NCBI GenBank assembly: GCA_951406725.2
Contig: OX597824.1
Location: 27,528,001 to 27,592,000 of the forward strand
Source of the DNA: Octopus vulgaris
Taxonomy: Eukaryota
Reading direction: 5' to 3'
Length of the DNA: 64,000 nt
Made by a program: the position numbers and the translations under genes. Each line of letters starts with the position of its first letter. Position 1 is the stretch's first letter. The notes beneath the pieces were generated by a model, which was not told the origin of the DNA, did not search any database, and saw only the letters and a list, made by a program, of their open reading frames with translations. Below, piece after piece: positions 39,888 through 53,756 of the stretch.

Positions 39888-40929
39888 ATATATCATAAGG
39901 TGATTGGGATAGTGTTGCTGCAATATATAATATGATAATATGCACGTGTGGATATATATGTGAGTTTTAAGAATGTATATATATGTAATGTCATAACATT
40001 TCTCTTTCTGTCTATACGTTTCTAAATATAATAATGGCTGCGAATAAATCTCTAGCCGTTTGTCCTAACAAATAAAGATATGTGCATATATACATGTATA
40101 CGCACACATACACTGATACACACAGACACACACACACATGTGTAAATAAGGTGGTGATATACATATGTATATATGGCTATAGTCTTGCATTTGTTTGCAC
40201 ACGTATGTGTATATGTATCCGTGTCTTTGTCTATGCATTGTTGTATCAGTGCTTATGCGCGCATTTTTGCCAACTTAGCTGAAAATAGTGGCCGGTGTGC
40301 ATTTATGTGTTCATATAGGTGTAGCATATAATCATGTTTGCCTGTTCTCGTTCTTTTTATCGTTCACTCTCAGACCGAAATCAATAACATAAACCTATAG
40401 TTTACCCCGTTCTCACAACAATCGAACTTATCAACGTCTTTTCCTAATTCTTCTAAGAACTAATTACTATCAATTGGGACACTCCCAATTTTCCTTCGAG
40501 TTTTTATTTTGCCCTATGTATTCATTTCAAGCTGTCTTTACGCATAATTCTGTTTCGTTATTTCTCTCGCTACAAGTCAAGAGGTTTAATCGTCAAGGGA
40601 CATAACCCGTTAGATTTTTCAATACTTATTTCCATAATTGTACAAACACAAGTTAACAACTTTTTTTGCAAAACTGGAAATGCAAATACATCTACGGGCT
40701 CCGACTCTTCCGTCCAAAAAAACCTCTTTATGATGCAATCTGTCCTAGAGCAAGCTGACATAGCATTAACTTAGTGAGAATATAATCAAGATAGATAAGT
40801 CTGGGACACAGCTCTCATCTACTTATATAAAAGCAGACGATTGTGAATCCGTTTTTAGGGGCAGGATAACTACATACTACAGTAGTAAGAAATAATTGCT
40901 GGGGAACAAGAGGACTGCATAAACTGGTA

Positions 40930-41424
<495 letters not shown>

Positions 41425-42585
41425 AAGCTGACTTCATCGCACTTAGAAAATCATGGTCTTGCAAAACAATGGATCCTTTTACTGGATCAAATATTCAGTT
41501 TTCGGATCGGAACTCCAGGTGGAATAAATTCTAAGGATGCTAGCGGAAACAGGATTATTCAGAAATGACCTACGTTCAGAGACAGCTTTCAAGTATTCCT
41601 GAAAATAGATAATTTCGGAACGTATGCTCCTTTGCTTCTGTACAAGGGACTATTCTGTAGTTCGGGGTTCCGTTCAATGTTAAGATTCAGAAAAAAACTG
41701 AAGTTCCGAGATGCCTTAGTTGATGATGCATAGGTATATCCTGAGGAGACACGCTCATGCGCAGTGATTCCACGAGTATGACGAATGTAAATAAGTACGG
41801 TCGCATGTTGTGTAACATGCTTTCTGCATATTTCTACCCTGCTACAGGACTAGAAGAAAACTGGGTCACTGGTATTTGCTTGTAGCCACCTGCATTCTAA
41901 GTTAATACCTCTCAAAACAAATATTGTTTCAGAAAGGATACATTAGATGACGTGTGACGTGAAAACGGACTCGGGTTTAAGAAATAACAACAGTAGTTCA
42001 TACTGACTTGATGTGCTAAACGTAGCCCCAATATTTTCTTTAAAACTCCCTCTGCCATCTCTGAAGTCGTGTTTGACAATGCATTCCCAAGTATACTATC
42101 ACTGTACAATCAACAATAACAAAAAACAAACATTGCCAATCCATTACACCAAATCCACACGAAACCTACTTATCATGAAGCATTCTTATGCACTTATACT
42201 GCGTCATAACACGCAAACAAAATAACAGTTATAACATGCATTTACTTATCTGTTCACTCATCTGTAACAGGTACTTTAATAAAAGTACGACAGAACCGCC
42301 AGATCTTCTTTTAAGCACATCAACGAAGATGTTTACTTAATGAAAGGGCCTAAATCTCCTCCCATCCTTCCTGTTAACGACCACGTTTGGAACGTTAATA
42401 CAATCGTTCCCAAACATTAAAGGTTTGAGTAGTTAGTAAATACGACTGGATTTACATAAAATTGGATAAGAGGAATTTCAAGCCGTAAATTTAAACCGAG
42501 ATGCATTAATGTATATTTGCATCGATGTACGTGTGTGTGTATGCATATATATATATATACGTGCATGTGAAAGATCGATACCATG

Positions 42586-42646
<61 letters not shown>

Positions 42647-42795
42647 GTATATAAGCATATTTCTATATATATATATACATACATGCGTGCATATATATTA
42701 TGGTATGGTTCTTTCACATGCATGTATATACCCACACATATACACATATGCATATCTATCCACCCTCTTTCTAACTACCTATGTTCTTCTTTACG

Positions 42796-42827
<32 letters not shown>

Positions 42828-42831
42828 TACA

Positions 42832-42865
<34 letters not shown>

Positions 42866-43042
42866 TTGTATATAAGAAAAAGGGACTGGCAAAACAGGTT
42901 GCTTGACCGCATACCGAAAAAATAGAAATAGCAGTCAAGAATGCTTATTTCTATCAAAGTTGGACTCCGGGCATGACAGACCCTGTAATTCACATATGCA
43001 AAACAGAAGGAATAGATAACGAATACGAAGTCTGGCGGTTAT

Positions 43043-43153
43043 CTGTGAACATCATGTTTCTGGATTATAAACATATTGAATATATATTCCATATATTTTT
43101 GATATATATTTCATATATATTGCATATATATTTCACATCCTTCTTCAGCACAG
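43043..43153 (-). ncRNA. Type I hammerhead ribozyme (mirror copy)
   Basis: Reverse complement of 43777-43887. Confidence 0.75.
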
Positions 43154-43776
43154 CTTTCCATTGAAAAAGATTTATCATAGATTTATCAAATGCTACGTAC
43201 CTCAAACCTTCTGACCATGCGACATCAAAATATTTGAAGAAAGTGAGCAAAGGCTAAACCTACATAGACGTTTGAATTCATAAATCTTCCCTCCAAAATT
43301 TTGCCATGCGCACTACAAAAATAGTTCCGTAAGATGGGGAACAATTAGGTTGTCAAAGGGAATGAAAAATCCAAATAGTAATATAATGATAAGAGTAAAT
43401 AATTTCTATAAAGGCTTTTAAAAAAACCCCAATTATTTACTGGTAGAATTCGGTATGTAAATATAGCCGATTACCGGCAGGAACTTCTGTAAAGTTCAGT
43501 ATATATATTGTATATAAGAAAAAGGGACAATTTACTCTTATCATTATATTACTATTTGGATTTTTCACTCCCTTTGACAACCTAATTGTTCCCCATCTTA
43601 CGGAACTATTTTTGTAGTGCGCATGGCAAAATTTTGGAGGGAAGATTTATGAATTCAAACGTCTATGTAGGTTTAGCCTTTGCTCACTTTCTTCAAATAT
43701 TTTGATGTCGCATGGTCAGAAGGTTTGAGGTACGTAGCATTTGATAAATCTATGATAAATCTTTTTCAATGGAAAG

Positions 43777-43887
43777 CTGTGCTGAAGAAGGATGTGAAAT
43801 ATATATGCAATATATATGAAATATATATCAAAAATATATGGAATATATATTCAATATGTTTATAATCCAGAAACATGATGTTCACAG
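43777..43887 (+). ncRNA. Type I hammerhead ribozyme with long AT-rich loop II
   Basis: ctgtg-CTGAAGA-a ggat [about 70-nt AT-rich loop] atcc a-GAAA-ca tga t GTT-cacag; perfect 5-bp stem I; predicted cleavage after 43882. Confidence 0.75.
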
Positions 43888-44302
43888 ATAACCGCCAGAC
43901 TTCGTATTCGTTATCTATTCCTTCTGTTTTGCATATGTGAATTACAGGGTCTGTCATGCCCGGAGTCCAACTTTGATAGAAATAAGCATTCTTGACTGCT
44001 ATTTCTATTTTTTCGGTATGCGGTCAAGCAACCTGTTTTGCCTGTCCCTTTTTCTTATATACAATATATATACTGAACTTTACAGAAGTTCCTGCCGGTA
44101 ATCGGCTATATTTACATACCGAATTCTACCAGTAAATAATTGGGGTTTTTTTAAAAGCCTTTATAGAAATTATTTACTCTTATCATTATATTACTATTTG
44201 GATTTTTCATTCCCTTTGACAACCTAATTGTTCCCCATCTTACGGAACTATTTTTGTAGTGCGCATGGCAAAATTTTGGAGGGAAGATTTATGAATTCAA
44301 AC

Positions 44303-44375
<73 letters not shown>

Positions 44376-44544
44376 AGCATATTTCTATATATATATATAC
44401 ATACATGCGTGCATATATATTATGGTATGGTTCTTTCACATGCATGTATATACCCACACATATACACATATGCATATCTATCCACCCTCTTTCTAACTAC
44501 CTATCTTCTTCTTTACGTATATATATATATATACACACACACAC

Positions 44545-44601
<57 letters not shown>

Positions 44602-44667
44602 TATATGTATGTATGTATGTATATATATATGTATATAAATACATGCATTTATACTCACGTTTAGACA

Positions 44668-45080
44668 CATCAATTTCTTCTTTTCTTTCACTTGTTTCAG
44701 ATATTTTATTGTGGCAATGCTGAAGCCCCGCTTTAATGGTTTCAGTCGAAGAAACCGACCCCCAGGACGTATTCTTTGAAAGTTAACACTCTTTTGCCAA
44801 ACCGCTATATTACGAGAACGAAAACACACCAACACCAGTCTCAAGCGGTAATGGGAGACAAGCGCAGACACAAAAACTCACACACAGATACACACTCATA
44901 GATATATACATATGTACAACGGGCTTCTTTCAGTTTCCATCTTCCAAATCCATTCACATGGCTTTGGTCGACCCGAGACTATAGTAGAAGACACTTGTCC
45001 AAGATGCCACACAGTGGGACTGAACCTGGAACCATGTAGTTGGCAAGCAAGCTACTTACCACACAGCCGCGCCTGCGCCT
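44668..45080 (-). mobile_element. SINE family B
   Basis: Head aggcgcaggcgcggctgtgtggtaagtagcttgc on the minus strand; full body and tail. Confidence 0.88.
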
Positions 45081-45588
45081 ATATATAACATTACCCTATA
45101 TAAAATATTAATTTGAGACGTGCAATGCATGTTTCACGCGCATGAAGAAAAACCATGCTTGTTATATATAGACAACAACATCCAAATATATACGATAAAT
45201 GCCCGTGGCTACGTTTGTGTGTGTTTGTGTATGATTGCGTGCATGTGTGTGTTTCGGCTTTCTGTGTCTGTGTGTGTATGAGTCTGTGTGTGTGTGTGTG
45301 CATTGATATTGAAATATATAGGTGAGGGTGTCACAGCGGGTGAGGTTGAAAAATATGTAGACGAAACCTACACAAAGAGATTCAACACAATTTGTATTGC
45401 ATCACTCATGCATATATCCATCCATCCACCCATCCATCCATCCATCCATCCATCCATCCATCCATCTGTACATACACACATACATACATACATACATACA
45501 TGCATACATACATACGTACATACATACATACATACACATACATACATACATATACATGTATGCATATGTATGCATATATGTATACATG

Positions 45589-45620
<32 letters not shown>

Positions 45621-45890
45621 TGTATGCATGTATGTATGTATGTATGTATGTATGTATGTATGTATGTATGTATACCTGTTTGTACCGTATGAATTCCGGC
45701 GTTCCATAAAAGCGCTAAAATCCTCTCAAACGAATTCAGGACTTATTTCTTCCACCTGTTCGTGCATTTTTTGTGTTTCATTATATATTCATGTATGCAT
45801 ATATGCATTCTCTCCATACATCTATATATTTATGCAAATATATACGTATGTGTCTATGTATATGTATGTATGTGTATATACATACATATG

Positions 45891-45947
<57 letters not shown>

Positions 45948-46069
45948 CAAAATTAAGGAACGGCCATAATAGGCCGTTCAACCCACTGGAAATAGCAGCC
46001 AAGGCTTCAACCGCAAAACAATATTAATTCCGTAAACCAGGAGAAAATTAAAAAAAGATTTACCCTGTA

Positions 46070-46143
<74 letters not shown>

Positions 46144-46354
46144 ATGGATGTATGTGTGTATATTTCGAAACGAGGAGTAGATGAAACAGGGACAACTGAT
46201 GAAGAGGAATATTCTTTATGTTGCATGTCTCGTTCTCATTGTGTTCAAGGTTTTTTGATGTCCTGTACCCATATATACATGTATATATACATATATACTG
46301 GTATATATGTACATATCCATTTATTTATATATCATTGATATACTCTCTCTCTCT

Positions 46355-46537
46355 CTACTCTTTTACTTGTTTCAGTCATTTGACTGCGGCCATGCTGGAG
46401 CACCGCCTTTGGTCGAGCAAATCAACCCCGGGACTTATTCGTTGTAAGCCCAGTACTTATTCTATCGGTCCCTTTTGCCGAACCGCTAAGTGACGGGGAC
46501 GTAAACCATGTGATTGGTTAGCAAGCTACTTACCACA
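46355..46537 (-). mobile_element. SINE family B with large internal deletion
   Basis: Tail and 3' body are joined directly to a head fragment at about 46505. Confidence 0.8.
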
Positions 46538-46554
46538 TTTGTGTGTATGTGTGC

Positions 46555-46585
<31 letters not shown>

Positions 46586-46820
46586 ACGTGATGCATATTA
46601 TATTTGTATTACATCACTCATGCATATATCCATCCACCAATCCATCCATCCATCCATCCGTACATACACACATACATACATACATAAATGCATACATACA
46701 TACACATACATACATGCATACATACATACATACATACGTACATACATACGTACATACATACATACATACATACATACATACATACACATGTATGCATATG
46801 TATGCATATATGTATACATG

Positions 46821-46852
<32 letters not shown>

Positions 46853-46957
46853 TGTATGTATGTATGTATACCTGTTTGCACTGTATGAATTCCGGCTCTG
46901 AGATTTATCATCGTTATATATATATATATATATATTACTTAAGCATTTTTTCGCACC

Positions 46958-47006
46958 GTCTCTGATGAAATGGATATATAAAATATCCCGGAAACAGTTA
47001 TAAGAC
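46958..47006 (+). ncRNA. Minimal hammerhead ribozyme, paralogue of 10391-10438, between TA tracts
   Basis: gtct-CTGATGA-aat ggatat ataaa atatcc cg-GAAA-c agtt ATA-agac; stem I perfect, stem III mutated; homology with 10380-10500 extends to about 47065. Confidence 0.65.
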
Positions 47007-47065
47007 CTCTTTATAAATGTTCTGAAAACTCTTCACCGCCTTGGATTTTCTATCTCATCCTGTTA

Positions 47066-47143
<78 letters not shown>

Positions 47144-47564
47144 TGAGAGAGAGAGAGGAAGAGAAAGTGTGTATGTGTAGACGAGAGGGAGAGAGTGACA
47201 CAAAGAGAGCGTGGGATAATGAGTAAGAAAGCAGTATAAAGATGCAGGCAGAAAGGAGGTGGCTAGTCAACGTAGATCTAATATATTGTCAACGTAGTCC
47301 CAACTGGAATAGTCTTAATGTAATATATCAGAGTCCAACAGCAATTATCCACACACAAAGAATCAGAGAGTCTTTCATTGTGTAATCAGTCTACAAGTTC
47401 ATGCTTTGAATTATGTCGCTGTTACATTAAACGAACCTCTCGTCAGGCATACACGAAATTCTCTTCTCCAATTGCCATTTCTGTCTTTCTCTCTCTTTCT
47501 CTCTCTCACTCACTCTCGCTGTCTTTTTCTACCTCTTCTGTTCACTTGACGGCTACATCACTTA

Positions 47565-47598
<34 letters not shown>

Positions 47599-47779
47599 AC
47601 GCACATACTTACTGTCACACACTACAATTTAAATAAATAGCTACTTGCTCGCTCCGTTCGCCTTCCAATTGTTCACTAAGCACATCTATCAATGGACTGA
47701 ATTTGTATTGTCCACACGGGAGATCTTTAACTTAATTCATATATATTCCAGCAATCGACTACTCTGTATTCCCAACATG

Positions 47780-47781
47780 AC

Positions 47782-47851
<70 letters not shown>

Positions 47852-48039
47852 GTTACTGTTATTGTTGTTGTTGCTCTTGTTGTTGTTGTTATTATTATTA
47901 GTATTATTGTTGTTATTATTACTATTATTATTATTATTATTATTGCTATTGTTATTGTTATTGTTGTTGTTGCTTTTGTTGTTGTTGTTGTTATTATTAT
48001 TATTATTGTTATTGTTGTTGTTGTTTTTGTTGCTGTTGC

Positions 48040-48070
<31 letters not shown>

Positions 48071-48101
48071 GTTATTGTTGTTGTTTTTGTTGCTGTTGCT
48101 G

Positions 48102-48136
<35 letters not shown>

Positions 48137-48683
48137 GTTGTTGTTTTTGTTGTTGTTGTTGTTGTTGCTGTTGTTATTATTATTATTATTGTTATTGTTG
48201 CTTTTGTTGTTGTTGTTGTTATTATTATTATTATTATTATTACTATTATTATTATTATTATTATTATTGTTATTATTGTTATTATCATCCTCCTCCTCAT
48301 CGTAATCATCATCATCGTCATGATTGTTGATATTAGTATTCTTGTTATTATATTCATTATAACTACTGACAGTGCATCATTCTTATTGCTACTATTATTA
48401 TCGTTGTTGTTGCTGTTATTGTTATTGTTGTTATTATAACTTTTATTGTTGTCATTACTATTATCCCCGTTTCTTGCAATTTTCATTATAAGTGTTGTTC
48501 TTGTCGTGGTTGTTGATATTACTATTATTATCATTATTATCATTATTATCATTATTATTATTATTATTATCATTATTATTATTATTATTATTATTGTTAT
48601 TATTATTATTATTATTATTATTGTTATTATTATTATTATTGTTGTTGTTGTTATTGTTATTATTATTATTAATATTATTATTA

Positions 48684-48727
<44 letters not shown>

Positions 48728-48782
48728 GTTATTATTATTATTATTATTGTTGTTGTTGTTATTGTTATTATTATTATTATCA

Positions 48783-48814
<32 letters not shown>

Positions 48815-48854
48815 GTTATTATTATTATTATTGTTGTTGTTGTTGTTGTTTTTA

Positions 48855-48890
<36 letters not shown>

Positions 48891-48913
48891 TATTATCATT
48901 ATTATTATTATTA

Positions 48914-48982
<69 letters not shown>
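47780..48982. repeat. 1.2-kb (ATT/GTT)n compound microsatellite
   Basis: Read directly; accounts for the 425-aa poly-Ile/Thr ORF. Confidence 0.95.
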
Positions 48983-49181
48983 CCATGGGTTTTGCAGTTG
49001 TTGCTGCAGATCATTGTGTTGTTGTTGTTATTACCAGTTGTTGTTTAATTCAATTAAGAAATATTTCTTGAGCGTTTATCTGTCTCATCAAACAATTGCA
49101 GCATTTGGAAAAAGCGAAATAAATTAACTTGTCACATGTGACATCATCACCATTACAACAACAACAACAACAACAACAGCA

Positions 49182-49272
<91 letters not shown>

Positions 49273-49489
49273 CTTTTATCAGTACACCATTTATTATTTA
49301 TTTTCCCTTTGGTATATTTTCATGCGAAACTTTGCTGGCCTACTTAGTGCGTCCATCTCCTTGTACATTGGTGAGTGTAAGAACACACATGCATGCACAT
49401 ACACTCTCTCTCTCACACACACACACACATGCACACACACATGCACACACACATGCACACACACACACATACATATATATATACGCACA

Positions 49490-49528
<39 letters not shown>

Positions 49529-49600
49529 GTAAGTAGTTATGCATCTGTCTCACCTCCTTCTCTGCCTATCTCTTTTAGCTGTCTCTATCTCTATCTCTCC

Positions 49601-49631
<31 letters not shown>

Positions 49632-49632
<1 letters not shown>

Positions 49633-50190
49633 CATCATCATCATCATTTACCGTCCGTTTACCATGCTAGCATGGGTTGGATGGTTCACCTCGGGCCTGT
49701 GAATATAGGATGCTGCACCAGGTTCTAGTCTGATCTGGCAGTGTTTCTACAGCAGGATGCGCTTCCTAACGCCAACTACTCCGTAAGTGTAGTGGGTGCT
49801 TTTACGTGCCACCGGCACAGAGGCCAGAGGGGGTTGGCAACGACCTCGATCGATTGGTGCTATTCACGTGCTAAGCCCACAGGTATCACAAGTACAATTT
49901 CCATTTGATTTTCATTTTGATGTTCATGTATTTGACTCAATAGGTGTCTTCAAGCACGGCAGGTCACTTTACGATCCAAGGTACTTTTGAATGGGCTTTT
50001 GAATCTGGAGTAGAATACAGCCGCGAAACCACTTTATTTGCCGCGTCTTCGGAGTCACAGCATATCTCCTGAGGTCTCGGTCTTTCGTCATTGCCTCTGT
50101 GAGGCCCAACGTTCAATGGTTATGCTTCACCACCTCATCCCATGTCTTCCTGGGTCTACCTCTACCCCTGATTCTTTAAACTGTTTGGGA
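49632..50190 (-). mobile_element. RTE-clade LINE 3' fragment (ORF end, 3' UTR, (GAT)n tail)
   Basis: From 50169 on the minus strand: RGRGRPRKTWDEVVKHNH*TLGLTEAMTKDRDLRRYAV, a typical RTE C-terminus; ends in short tandem repeats. Confidence 0.8.
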
Positions 50191-50220
50191 GAATACCCGG
50201 TAAACAAAGTGAGTTCACGG

Positions 50221-50303
<83 letters not shown>

Positions 50304-50384
50304 GTTGTCCGGAAACTTCTGAGCTTTTTTGATATGCAAAAAGGGATATAACGTAATTGACTTTTCAATACGTTAAATTCAAAA

Positions 50385-50600
50385 AGGCGGCAAGCTTGCA
50401 GAAACGTTAGCATGGCGGCGAAATGTTAAGCGATATTTCGTCTGTGTTTACTGTCCGAGTACAAATTCCGCAGAGGTCGATTTTGCCTTTCATCCTTTCG
50501 GGGTCGAAAATTAAATCTCAGTTCCGTATTGAGGTCGATCTAATCAATTGGCTTCTCCCCCAAAATCCGGGCCTTGTGCATAGTGTAGAAAAGAACATAT
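50385..50600 (+). mobile_element. SINE family A inserted in the mariner
   Basis: aggcggcaagcttgcagaaacgttagc head and gaggtcgattttgcctttcatcctttcggggtcg core. Confidence 0.88.
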
Positions 50601-50601
50601 T

Positions 50602-51525
50602 CTATTCAATGAAATACTTTCCATTATTATTAATGAGATTTGCCCATCTATCAGACGATTTAAATATTTTAGCAGCATAAAATTTCACTGGTTTTGAAGA
50701 AAAATAATTATCTGGATGCGTTTTGACACCATCTAAATCGTTAAATGTTTTTCCTTGCAATGAGTTCTGTAGAGACAAAAACAATTGGTACTCGGATAGC
50801 GCATTATGAGGAGAATGTGGTGGATGTGGCAAGAGAACCTAGCCAAGTTCATGTAACTTTGTTCAGGTAGCCACATGTGGTCGAGCATTACCTTGTTGGA
50901 ACACTACCCCTTACCTGTTGGCAATCTCCGGCCTGAATTCTTTGTTTGTTTGGTCTAAATTATCCAGCTGACGACAGGACACGTCTGAATTAATGGTGTG
51001 AGTGTGGGAAAAGCTCATAAGAAATTATGTCTTAATAATCCCACGAAACACAAAGCATAGCGTTTTTGGCATGGATGTTCATCGTTGGTTGCTGTTTGGG
51101 GGATCTTTTTCACACTACGTTTTCGTACATAATCCATTTTTCATCACAAATGGAATAGCGGTGCAAACATTCTTTTATGTGAGCTTGCAATGGACCTATA
51201 CACTAAAGAGAGAAATGTATCCTAGCTTCACTAGGTGTTCATGAGCCGTACTTTTAGAAACTTCCAACTCCTCTGCAAGTTCTCTGGTCGTCGTATTTAA
51301 GTTTTCTTTGATTTTTGCCTTCCAAATTTGAAGGTCTTCCACCGCGACTGTTATCTTCCAGCTAAACTCTCCAGCTTTAAATTTTGCAAATCACCTTCAA
51401 ATAGCTGATTCACCTACAGTTTTATCACCAAGATCTTCACAAATATTTTTGCAATCCCTAGAAGCGTATTCTCCTTTGTTCAAAAAGAAAAGCATTACAA
51501 CGCAAATACGAAAGTTTTCCATTTC
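50602..51525 (-). pseudogene. Mariner (DD34D) transposase pseudogene
   Basis: C-terminus PHPPHSPHNALSEYQLFLSLQNSLQGKTF..RW..NNGKYF (cf. HPPYSPDLAPSDYHLFRSL); N-terminal HTH MENFRICVVMLF..KNICEDLGDKTV..FAKFKAGEFSLEDNSRGGRP; multiple stops. Confidence 0.9.
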
Positions 51526-51691
51526 AAATGTGAATAAAGGGCAGCTGAAATGAAAGATAAATCTATTTTTAGTCAGGAACAAAGAACAGATGCACTATCA
51601 CTTCAAGAAATGCCAAAGTTGTAACTGTGTTATGTTTCAGGTGAGGTCAATGAAGGGTTAAAAGATTTAGCTTAAAAACGGTCGGAACGTA

Positions 51692-51760
<69 letters not shown>

Positions 51761-51785
51761 TATAATTATAATTAAGGGTTATTGT

Positions 51786-51849
<64 letters not shown>

Positions 51850-52600
51850 TAATATCGTGAGAAAGTGAATGAGTGAATGAGAGAGAAAGGAACGTGCTTG
51901 TGCATGAGTGTACGTGTGTGTGTGTGTGTGTGTGTGTGAGTGTAGTGTGTGTATGTGTGTGTGTATGTGTGTGTGTGTGTATGTGTGTGTATGTGTGTGT
52001 GTGTGTATACATGTGTGCTTTTGGTCCGGTGTATTTGTGTTGTTCTTTTTGTACATTAGTACAAACATTTTACAAACTGAAAATACCAAACGCTATATTT
52101 TTCATAAAAGACAGAGCAGCGCTAACATCCGCGTATTTCTTCTGTCTTTGCAATGAACCTGTATACGTTCACAACTTTAAAAGCCTCTCCGTTGATTTAA
52201 ATACTGTAATTTGTCTGCAGGCTTTGCAACCTTCATCGGGCATTCTTCCACCCCATCTAAAATACTCTTTTATTATTTTCTCTCTTGAGGAACATGTATT
52301 TTGTGTTTCCCTGTTTCCTTTTCGCTTAAACTGAAGGAAAACCGTGGCAATCATGGAGATGAATGGTAAGAAGCAATGGTGTAATTTCCCTTGCAATTTC
52401 ATATGTCTAAGTGTGTGTGTGTGTTTATATATATACATGCAAAGCCAGAAACCCAGGATCTTGAATTATCCAGAAATATCTCCTTTGCTAGTTTATTTTG
52501 TCTCTCTGTTTCCTCTCCAAGGAACATTTAATGTAGTTTTAGGGTCAGAGTTTGACTGCTATTTCAGCGTGGTGGTATCTCTCAGATACTCAAATTTATA

Positions 52601-52665
<65 letters not shown>

Positions 52666-52670
<5 letters not shown>

Positions 52671-53088
52671 AATTACTAAAATTTCGCTATCCTATATTTT
52701 ATAAATATGATTCTAGTGATTTCAGAAGTTAATTCGGCAATCTTTCAATGGCTGCCGATTGAAACCGCGCATGCGCGGTTAATTTGAAAAATTATAATGT
52801 GTAATGATGAGAACGTGTTATTCGGTCTCTAAATTATATTCTAATGTTTTGGCATAGCCACTGATGAAAACTTCGCCTATCAAATTATTTTATTTGTTAA
52901 CTAGAGTTCGAAATATAGGTATGGCTGTAAAAAACAAAAACAAAAAAACAAAAAATGTAAAACTTCTTATTTATATTTTTCATTCCCTTCGAAATTGCAC
53001 TTAAATGCGGTTTTGGTCGTTGTGACTGCTACTTCTTGCATGTAAGGCTGTCTGTTAAGGGTCGCCTCTATTATGTTTAAATGTACAC

Positions 53089-53095
<7 letters not shown>
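52666..53095 (+). mobile_element. About 430-bp non-coding hammerhead-bearing unit between two TA arrays (solo pLTR-like or retrozyme-like)
   Basis: Bounded by (TA)n; contains a palindrome at 52763-52780, an HHR at 52854-52928 and the motif TGACTGCTACTTC at 53023. Confidence 0.7.
52854..52928 (+). ncRNA. Type I hammerhead ribozyme
   Basis: atagcca-CTGATGA-a aact [32 nt] agtt c-GAAA-tatag GTA-tggctgt; 7-bp stem I with one wobble. Confidence 0.75.
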
Positions 53096-53156
<61 letters not shown>

Positions 53157-53380
53157 TGTGTGTGTGTGTGTGCCTGTGTGTCTGTATATATTTATATAGT
53201 TCGAATTTATAGACATCAAAATATGGAGACAAGCGACGAACATCGAGTAAGTGTATTAGTTTGACGCTCGGGATGAGTGGAAAAGTTTTTGACCTTTCAA
53301 GCCGACGCTCGATTAAAAGAACATAATAGAGAACGGAAAAATCTGACAGGGAAAAATATATAGAGATTAACGGTTCTACA

Positions 53381-53517
<137 letters not shown>

Positions 53518-53573
53518 TCATATATTCACATTTACCTAATGATTTTTGTGTTTGTGTGTGCATGTAAGTATGA

Positions 53574-53634
<61 letters not shown>

Positions 53635-53690
53635 TATATATATTTTTATCTATTTATATACATACATACATCTACACACACAAACACACA

Positions 53691-53756
<66 letters not shown>

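Larger units (their letters stand above)
42858..44308. mobile_element. Tandem plus inverted array of a 642-nt non-coding hammerhead-bearing unit (retrozyme-like or PLE pLTR-like)
   Basis: 42858-43528 is 1.05 units (42858-42886 repeats at 43500-43528). 43530-44308 is the reverse complement of 43400 to 42858, continuing seamlessly as 43500 to 43264 (1.2 units). Very few mismatches; no real ORF. Confidence 0.9.
50300..51695 (-). mobile_element. Decayed mariner element between TA arrays
   Basis: TIR-like ttaggttgtccggaaac at 50300; transposase remnants at both ends; the right TIR is eroded; a SINE A is inserted at 50385-50600. Confidence 0.85.

Noticed and set aside
40818-40860. Helitron-like 5' end ATCTACTTATATAAAAG
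   Set aside because: No matching 3' hairpin/CTAG end or second copy found in the window.
42973-43957. Duplicated 61-63 aa ORFs in the inverted array
   Set aside because: Short, no homology recognised, and overlapping the ribozyme loop; a by-product of the inversion.
46060-46075. TACCCTGTA, the 5' end of miR-10
   Set aside because: Only 9 nt match; the rest of the mature sequence and a precursor hairpin are absent.
53220-53345. Possible decayed hammerhead repeat on the minus strand
   Set aside because: Core boxes are too mutated to support from this copy alone.
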